A program made the position numbers and the translations under genes. From Methanobacteriota archaeon (lineage in GTDB: Archaea; Thermoplasmatota; Thermoplasmata; SG8-5; JAGLSY01): a stretch of DNA of 64,000 bases. The DNA lies in NCBI GenBank assembly GCA_020696385.1, contig JAEHCQ010000002.1, forward strand, positions 1 to 64,000. The letters run 5' to 3'. The notes under the pieces are model-generated. The model was not told the origin of the DNA and searched no databases. It was given only the letters and a program-made list of their open reading frames with translations. Below are positions 57,555 to 64,000 of this stretch, in pieces. How positions within the stretch are numbered: position 1 is the stretch's first letter; every line of letters begins with the position of its first letter.

Positions 57555-58863
57555 AGCGCAGTGCCTCCGTGGGTTCCAGGGAAGCCGCCTTGTAAGCGGG
57601 GTATAGAGCGGCCAGTAAGGCCACACTCACACTCAATATCGCCGCGACCAAGATTATAAAAAGAGTGAGGGATGCAGGGGCGAAGAAAAGGCCTCCAGCA
57701 CCTGCTTCATACTGCGTGTCGAAATAAATTGAAAGTCCACCACCAATGACACCACCGATGAGAAGGGAAAGGAGAGCGAGGAAGGTGGCCTCAGCGAGTA
57801 TTAGACGGTAAACTCCCGTTTTAGGTATTCCCACGGCCTTGAGAGTTCCGATCTCCCTCCTACGCTCGGTCACGCTCATGAGCATGGTATTACTTATCCC
57901 GACAACCGTGATGACGGAAGAAAGTAGCAGAACCGCATATAGCCAGCCATCCACAGTTCTCTTCCTCTCCTCCTGAATCCCGATCTCCTTTTCATGGGAG
58001 ATAATTATGTTATTGATGTAATTCTCATTGTCACTGATGGCATTGTCACTGATGCCAGTAGCTTCTTTTATTTCGGAATTGAGCTCGCGGAAATTTATCT
58101 TAGATGCATCCTCGATGTAGATGGATGCGAAGAAGTAGTAGTACTCGTTAGTGGCATTATTGTACAGGCCAGTCTCTCGTGAAATGAACTCGATCGGTGT
58201 GGCGGCGAACCTGTCATAGATTATATTGGGCTCCAGTATGCCGGCTATGGTCACATCCTCCACCATGATGACATCCCCGGTCATGAAGGACAATGTCTCA
58301 AGATCTATCACGTCTCCCACTCTGGCTGAAGGATAGTTCATCTCCCACAGCTCATTACCAAGGATCACCTGGCGCTCGGTGTCCAGGGCCAAAAAGGAGC
58401 CATCAACCTCGGTTGTTTCCGGGTCGAACTTTATGAAATCGTATTTTATGCCCTTCTCCGGATCAAGGCCGAAGAGAATGAACATCTCGTCCGACTCTGG
58501 ATTCGTTGGTGACAGTAGATTGATAGCAAGAGGGAAAACCTCTCCCGTCGTATTATGTTCTTCACAATAATCTATGACCAGCTCCTCGACATCCTCCAGT
58601 TCAGTGTTAGTGAAGTAATCACGGTTGAACACATCCATGACCATGATGGTTATGTACCCGGCTCTTTGCTCAGCCAGTGCCTCCTCCCTATCGGATATCT
58701 CGGCCATGATATCGTCCTTCAGTCCCTGGCTGATGGATGCGAAAAGGATGAAGAAAGCGATGCACACGGATATACCAACTATGGTAATGCCAGAGCGGAG
58801 GGCCCGACTCTTCACATGGCTGGCCACATATCGCATTACTCCCAGGGGTTTGGTTTTGCTCAT
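57547..58863 (-). CDS. ABC transporter permease (MacB/FtsX family)
   Basis: RS.IT..GI, external domain, I.NTM.MSV.ER.REIG.LKA.G, YPA..AA.L.P.EALRYE. Confidence 0.92.
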   Translation of the reverse strand: MSKTKPLGVMRYVASHVKSRALRSGITIVGISVCIAFFILFASISQGLKDDIMAEISDREEALAEQRAGYITIMVMDVFNRDYFTNTELEDVEELVIDYCEEHNTTGEVFPLAINLLSPTNPESDEMFILFGLDPEKGIKYDFIKFDPETTEVDGSFLALDTERQVILGNELWEMNYPSARVGDVIDLETLSFMTGDVIMVEDVTIAGILEPNIIYDRFAATPIEFISRETGLYNNATNEYYYFFASIYIEDASKINFRELNSEIKEATGISDNAISDNENYINNIIISHEKEIGIQEERKRTVDGWLYAVLLLSSVITVVGISNTMLMSVTERRREIGTLKAVGIPKTGVYRLILAEATFLALLSLLIGGVIGGGLSIYFDTQYEAGAGGLFFAPASLTLFIILVAAILSVSVALLAALYPAYKAASLEPTEALRYE

Positions 58864-58990
58864 CGGATTGGTAAGGATGGGGAAGTATAAGGGGATTTTG
58901 ATGGGTACTGGGAATGCCCAAATAACTTTTATATCAATATATTTATATTCAACATCCAATATACCGACTGAATAACGGATGGGATGTCCA

Positions 58991-61741
58991 ATGACACATA
59001 GTAATTCTAATCGAAAGAAAGCAGTAGAGCAAGGGCTCTCTGAAAATCGCAAATGGCACGCTATTTCTACTGAAGAAGTAATGTCTGCCCTAAAAACTGG
59101 AACCTCTGGCATAAGTGAAAAAGAGCTGGAACAACGCCGTGCGACCCACGGCTATAATGAAATGACCGGTAAGAAAAAAGATGGGATTCTCATATCCATA
59201 TTTCATCAAATTCATTCACTTCTTATCTATATTCTATTATTATCGGCCGTGGTCACTGCACTTCTCGATCATTGGATCGACACTGCCGTGATACTGGCAG
59301 TGGTACTGGCCAATGTCATAATCGGGCTCACACAGGAACGAAAAGCTGGCAAGGCCATAGATGCTCTGGATAAGATGATCGTTTCCGAATGTACGGTCGT
59401 CCGTGATGGGCAAAGAAAAGTGATACCATCCAGAGAGATCGTGCCCGGAGATATAGTCCTTATGGAATCTGGAGATAAAGTGCCAGGTGATATAAGATTG
59501 GTATATTCCAAGGGCTTGCAAATCGATGAGGCCATGCTCACTGGAGAATCCGTGCCCTCAGAAAAGATCACTGAAAGCCTGGCAGATGATATTTGTTCTG
59601 CCGGAGACATGAAGAACATGGCCTTTGCCGGAACACTGGTCACCTATGGCAGGGGAAGAGGAGTGGTTGTATCTACTGCCAATAATACACAAATAAGCAG
59701 GATATCCGCATGCATGAGGGAAGCCGAGGAGACACAGACACCATTGCAGAAGAAAATATCGTCCTTCGCTGTTTACCTTTCTGGCACAGTTGCTATATTG
59801 GCAATATTGACCTTTGTTGGTGGTCTCATGGCTGGTCAGGAGCCGGTCTTCATCTTCCTTGCCTCGGTCTCGATCGCGGTAGCTGCCATCCCCGAGGGGC
59901 TTCCAGCCCTAGTGACGATCGCCCTGGCACTCAGTGTGAGAAGGATGGCCGATGAAAAGGCCATCATCAGGAATCTACCTTCTGTAGAGACATTGGGAAG
60001 CACCACGATGATATGCTCGGACAAGACCGGGACCCTTACAATGAACCAGATGACCGTGACTCGGATCTTCGCCGGTGATATGAAGTATGATGTAACTGGC
60101 AATGGTTATTCCATTGAGGGTGAATTCCGATCTGGTGATGAGATCATCATGCCAAAATATCAGCCCGCTCTTATGAGAACGTTGATAGCTGGCGCAGTGT
60201 GCAATGATTCTTCACTGAAGGATGATAATGATATTATCGGTGATCCAACAGAAGGGGCACTTCTTGTCTCTGCTGCCAAAGGTGATCTTAATCTTCATCT
60301 TCCAAGGCTCGATGAGATCCCCTTCGAATCCGAAACACAGTGCATGGCGACACTGGACAAAAAAGATGACAAAAAAATAATATATCTTAAAGGAAGCACG
60401 GAGAAGATCATCACCATGTGCAATAAAGCCCTGTCTAGTGATGGGAGTATTGTCGATATCGACAGGGAAATGATACAAACTCAGGCAGATGATATGGCCT
60501 CTTCCGCTCTCAGAGTTATCGCTATCGCTGAGAAAGAAATTGACTCGGATCAAGACACGATAGATGCCAGTGATCTCAAAGATCTTGTTTTCCTCGGATT
60601 GCAGGGAATGATCGATCCACCAAGACCAGAGGCCATAGAGGCCATCAAACGCTGCCAGGGAGCCAGCATCAGGGTGGTTATGATAACTGGCGATCATGCG
60701 GTCACTGCAGGAGCCATCGCGACCAAGTTGGGCATTGCCGAGAAGGGCATCAAGATCGTAACTGGGAGTATGCTGGAAGCAATGGATGACGACGAGCTCT
60801 ATGATATCGTCGAGCACCAGCCAGTCTATGCACGCGCCTCTCCCATACACAAATACAGAATAGTTCAGCAATTGCAGAAGCATGACGAGGTAATTGCCGT
60901 GACTGGAGATGGTGTCAATGATGCTCCAGCACTGAAAGCGGCGGACATCGGCATATCAATGGGTATCATGGGAACTGATGTTACCAAAGAAGCTTCGGAC
61001 ATGATACTGGCAGATGATAATTTCGCCACCATCGTGAACGCTGTTGAAGAGGGTCGGCATATGTACAATAATCTACAGAAGATGCTTACTTTCCTTATTC
61101 CTACAAGCATCGGGCAGGCCTCGGTCATCACCATCGCGATCCTCGCAGGTCTTGTCATCCCCCTAATGCCAGTTCATGTCCTATGGGTGAATCTCGTTAC
61201 CTCGGTCACTTGCACTCTTCCACTCGCATTAGAGGGGAAGGAAAAAGGAATATTACAACGTCCTCCCAGGGATCCTAAATCCCCACTTATCAGCAATCGC
61301 ATGCTCGCCCGTGTGGTCATGGTGTCCTCGATCATGATGCTGGGTGCTTTCATCTCCTTCTATTCAGCTCTGAACTCGGGTGCCAGTGAGATAGAGGCCA
61401 GAACAGTGGCCATGACCTCGATAGTGATGATGGAGGTCATTTACATATTCTCATCGCGCTCATTCACCATACCTGCTTTGAGCAAGAATTTCTTCAGTAA
61501 TAAGTCGATATTCTATGGAGCTGGATTGACGATCCTGCTTCAACTAAGTGTGGTGTACATCCCGGTTGTGAATTCTCTATTCAAGACTGCGCCGATCTCC
61601 ATGACTGGCTGGATGCCGATAATAGCCGCAGCTGGGGCATTGTTCGCTTTTGTCGAATTGGAGAAGATAGTGATGAAGAGATATCATTCACATCCACATG
61701 ATCATCTAAAAGATCCCGAGCAGGATGTGAACATGGCATAA
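58991..61741 (+). CDS. P-type cation-transporting ATPase (P2A/Ca2+-ATPase-like)
   Basis: LTGES, IPEGLP, CSDKTGTLT, KGS.E, DPPR, ITGD, TGDGVNDAPALK, LWVNLV. Confidence 0.95.
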   Translation: MTHSNSNRKKAVEQGLSENRKWHAISTEEVMSALKTGTSGISEKELEQRRATHGYNEMTGKKKDGILISIFHQIHSLLIYILLLSAVVTALLDHWIDTAVILAVVLANVIIGLTQERKAGKAIDALDKMIVSECTVVRDGQRKVIPSREIVPGDIVLMESGDKVPGDIRLVYSKGLQIDEAMLTGESVPSEKITESLADDICSAGDMKNMAFAGTLVTYGRGRGVVVSTANNTQISRISACMREAEETQTPLQKKISSFAVYLSGTVAILAILTFVGGLMAGQEPVFIFLASVSIAVAAIPEGLPALVTIALALSVRRMADEKAIIRNLPSVETLGSTTMICSDKTGTLTMNQMTVTRIFAGDMKYDVTGNGYSIEGEFRSGDEIIMPKYQPALMRTLIAGAVCNDSSLKDDNDIIGDPTEGALLVSAAKGDLNLHLPRLDEIPFESETQCMATLDKKDDKKIIYLKGSTEKIITMCNKALSSDGSIVDIDREMIQTQADDMASSALRVIAIAEKEIDSDQDTIDASDLKDLVFLGLQGMIDPPRPEAIEAIKRCQGASIRVVMITGDHAVTAGAIATKLGIAEKGIKIVTGSMLEAMDDDELYDIVEHQPVYARASPIHKYRIVQQLQKHDEVIAVTGDGVNDAPALKAADIGISMGIMGTDVTKEASDMILADDNFATIVNAVEEGRHMYNNLQKMLTFLIPTSIGQASVITIAILAGLVIPLMPVHVLWVNLVTSVTCTLPLALEGKEKGILQRPPRDPKSPLISNRMLARVVMVSSIMMLGAFISFYSALNSGASEIEARTVAMTSIVMMEVIYIFSSRSFTIPALSKNFFSNKSIFYGAGLTILLQLSVVYIPVVNSLFKTAPISMTGWMPIIAAAGALFAFVELEKIVMKRYHSHPHDHLKDPEQDVNMA

Positions 61742-61799
61742 TGAGGTGGAATGTGATAGATAATAATGTGAAAAAGCTGGCAATCCGGAGTATTCGAAT

Positions 61800-62312
61800 A
61801 TGCTGAACCATTTCGTGAGAGGGATAATCGATGGACTTTTGTCCACTTTGGGCGTGGTGATCGGAGCATCAGCCGCGGACAATGCGATCATACTGGCAGC
61901 GGGTATCGGCGGTGCAGTGGCGAATGGTGTGTCCAATTTCCTGGGAGCTTTTTCATCAGAGGAATACAAGGGACATTTGCAGATCCAGAAGCTGGAAAAC
62001 GCAATGTTGAGCAAGGGGATCGAGGATAGTGTTATTGGAAAGAGCATGAAAAAAGAAAGGATTAAAGCAGGATTCCTGGATGGATCTTCCACTATAATTG
62101 GTGGCTTCATCCCGGTCTTCCCCTTCATCATATTTGGTCATGAGCAGGCTCTATTATGGGCGGTCCTCAGTGCGGTTATAACTCTATTCGTCCTTGGCGC
62201 TTACATTGGCAAGGTCTCGAAAAAATGGATCATCCTCTCTGGCCTGAAGCTTATGATCCTCGGAATCCTAACAGCACTACTGGTGCATTCGATCCAATAC
62301 TATTTGGTATGA
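61800..62312 (+). CDS. VIT1/CCC1-family membrane protein
   Basis: G..DG.LS.LGVV.GA, S...GA...E, GG.IP..PF, LF.LG. Confidence 0.8.
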   Translation: MLNHFVRGIIDGLLSTLGVVIGASAADNAIILAAGIGGAVANGVSNFLGAFSSEEYKGHLQIQKLENAMLSKGIEDSVIGKSMKKERIKAGFLDGSSTIIGGFIPVFPFIIFGHEQALLWAVLSAVITLFVLGAYIGKVSKKWIILSGLKLMILGILTALLVHSIQYYLV

Positions 62313-62426
62313 TCACTGAATCATGGATTTAAACTGGAGAATTAGTATGTCATATGCTCAATAGCGAAGTGCTTTTCAAACATCACCAGATTTCATAAAT
62401 AATAATTTCATCCACAGGAGATTGGA

Positions 62427-64000
62427 TCAAACCTTCTTAACTGGAGGCTTCTTCTTAGCTTTCTGCGCCCTCCTCTCCAACGGGGTCATCTCTTTTTTGG
62501 CAGGTATCTTGGAAGTGGTCTTCATAACTGGGACTGGCTTATGAACAGTCTTTTCAGATTTGGCAGGCGTTGAGGGGGGAGTCTTCTTTACAGGTTTGGA
62601 AACCGGCCTGGATACTGTCGTTTTCTTGGGCTGTGGTGTCGAGGAGGTCTGAGGATGCACCCTCACGACATCTTCCTTGGGTTTTGCCTTTCTCGTGTCC
62701 TTCCATTTATCCACATGCTCCTTGCCCTTCACATCAACACCGGATGAGTGTTTCTTGTACATTCGGGATTTCTGTGTCCAGTCTGTCTTTGGCTCGATCT
62801 TTGATTCATCTTCCTCATGCTTTGATTTTGATCTTTCGATGATAAAGATCCCGATGGTCGTGGCAATGACAGTGATCACGATGAGCATGAAGGCCATGTT
62901 AAGAAAGAGACCCTCATACATGTATATGGAAGAATAATAGGGCGTCCATTGATCCACTGGCAAGGGAGTACCAGCGGCGGTCAAGGATTCCTTGAACTCT
63001 GGAATTGTGAAAGGAAGGGCAGCCAGAACTGCTGCTGCCAAACCTCTTGGTATCATCGCATACAGGAAGGATTTATCCTCTTTGATGTCCTTCTTTATGG
63101 TGGTGGTAGCTGTCGCGCCTACGTATCGGACCACGAACAGTCCCAGGAACACCACGGCCAGGGCGATGATGAACATGTACATTCCCGTACCCCAGATCCA
63201 CTCCGGTATGATCAGGTTAACTGGATATTGAGGTACGAAGGCCAGATCCACGAAATCAAGGCTCAGTGTGAAAGTGAGTCCGAGGTAAACGAAGAAAAAG
63301 GTCCTGATAACAAACGATACCTCTGAATGGAATTCCTTTATCTGTTCGTCGAACACGAAGTCAACATTGAGCTTGAACATCCTCTTGAACTCGTCCTTGT
63401 TACTGAGAACCAGGCCGAAGACGAGAGCCGCGATCGCCCCACTGACATGGATGTATTCAACGGCTGAATACAACATCAACAAGGCCGCGATGGTTATCAT
63501 GAAGGAGAAGGGCTTTCCATGTACTTTTTTGAGTATCAGGAGCCAGGCCAGACCGAATAATAGACCTATGAAACCAGCGAGTATGAAGGTGCTCAGAAGA
63601 TCCTGTATCACATCACCAGCATTGGTCGCACCTCCCTTCAATACCTCGATAAGGATAAGGGCGGTCACTATGCATAGAACATCAGAAAGGACGGATTCAA
63701 GAGCCAGTATGGTTTTCGTATCCTCTTTGGCATTGACCCCCGCCATGATGGGAAGAACCACCGCACTGCTTATTCCTCCGATTATGCAACCAAGAAGAAG
63801 ACCGATCATGATGTCGGTTATGCCCAGCACGAAATAGCATATGGTGGCCGTTGCGAACATGGTACCCATGAAGCCTATACCCGTATGTAGAATCGTTATA
63901 CCCAGCTGGCTCATGACCTTGTCCAGATTGAGGTTCAATCCACCATCGAAAAGTATGATCACAAGCGCCAGAGCGGCGAAATACGGAGCTATGGTGATCA
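62427..64000 (-). CDS. Cation:proton antiporter (CPA1/NhaP-like), 5'-partial, with K/P/T-rich C-terminal tail
   Basis: Frame open to window end; ILFDGG, SSAVV.P, LES.L.D, FFFVYLG, PRGLAAAVLA. Confidence 0.92.
   Translation of the reverse strand, partial: ITIAPYFAALALVIILFDGGLNLNLDKVMSQLGITILHTGIGFMGTMFATATICYFVLGITDIMIGLLLGCIIGGISSAVVLPIMAGVNAKEDTKTILALESVLSDVLCIVTALILIEVLKGGATNAGDVIQDLLSTFILAGFIGLLFGLAWLLILKKVHGKPFSFMITIAALLMLYSAVEYIHVSGAIAALVFGLVLSNKDEFKRMFKLNVDFVFDEQIKEFHSEVSFVIRTFFFVYLGLTFTLSLDFVDLAFVPQYPVNLIIPEWIWGTGMYMFIIALAVVFLGLFVVRYVGATATTTIKKDIKEDKSFLYAMIPRGLAAAVLAALPFTIPEFKESLTAAGTPLPVDQWTPYYSSIYMYEGLFLNMAFMLIVITVIATTIGIFIIERSKSKHEEDESKIEPKTDWTQKSRMYKKHSSGVDVKGKEHVDKWKDTRKAKPKEDVVRVHPQTSSTPQPKKTTVSRPVSKPVKKTPPSTPAKSEKTVHKPVPVMKTTSKIPAKKEMTPLERRAQKAKKKPPVKKV

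Overview
Core-genome window of an archaeon, most likely an uncultured Thermoplasmata lineage (inferred from the ribosomal, exosome and proteasome proteins, archaeal GGTGA/GGAGG ribosome-binding sites and TTTATATA-type TATA boxes). It contains the complete S10-spc ribosomal superoperon (rpl3 to secY, minus strand), the proteasome-alpha/SBDS/exosome/eL43/RpoP superoperon, asnS, pheS, fibrillarin, a tandem ThyX, ADP-forming acyl-CoA synthetase, an archaeosortase, transporters, a 2225-aa surface protein, tRNA-Ala(GGC) and tRNA-Glu(CTC). I see no integrase, transposase or CRISPR array. The most interesting signals lie outside the ORF track. (1) An unexplained ~290-nt GC-rich, multi-stem structured RNA candidate sits between arsC and tRNA-Glu. 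(2) Both tRNAs are followed by an 82-102 bp mini-element of the same design: inverted T-loop motif, hairpin(s), then a direct copy of that tRNA's own 3' end. (3) An unannotated three-microprotein operon has a promoter, RBSs and a terminator. (4) A ~240-nt structured leader precedes rpl3. (5) A 36-bp palindromic tandem repeat has grown from a gene's 3' end. Protein oddities include a CTG-initiated Zn-ribbon/coiled-coil/KaiC-like ATPase, a ~100-aa insert in PheS, histone-H1-like tails on ribosomal proteins, and a longin-like cytoplasmic tail on the giant surface protein. All family calls come from motif recognition by eye; no database searches were run.
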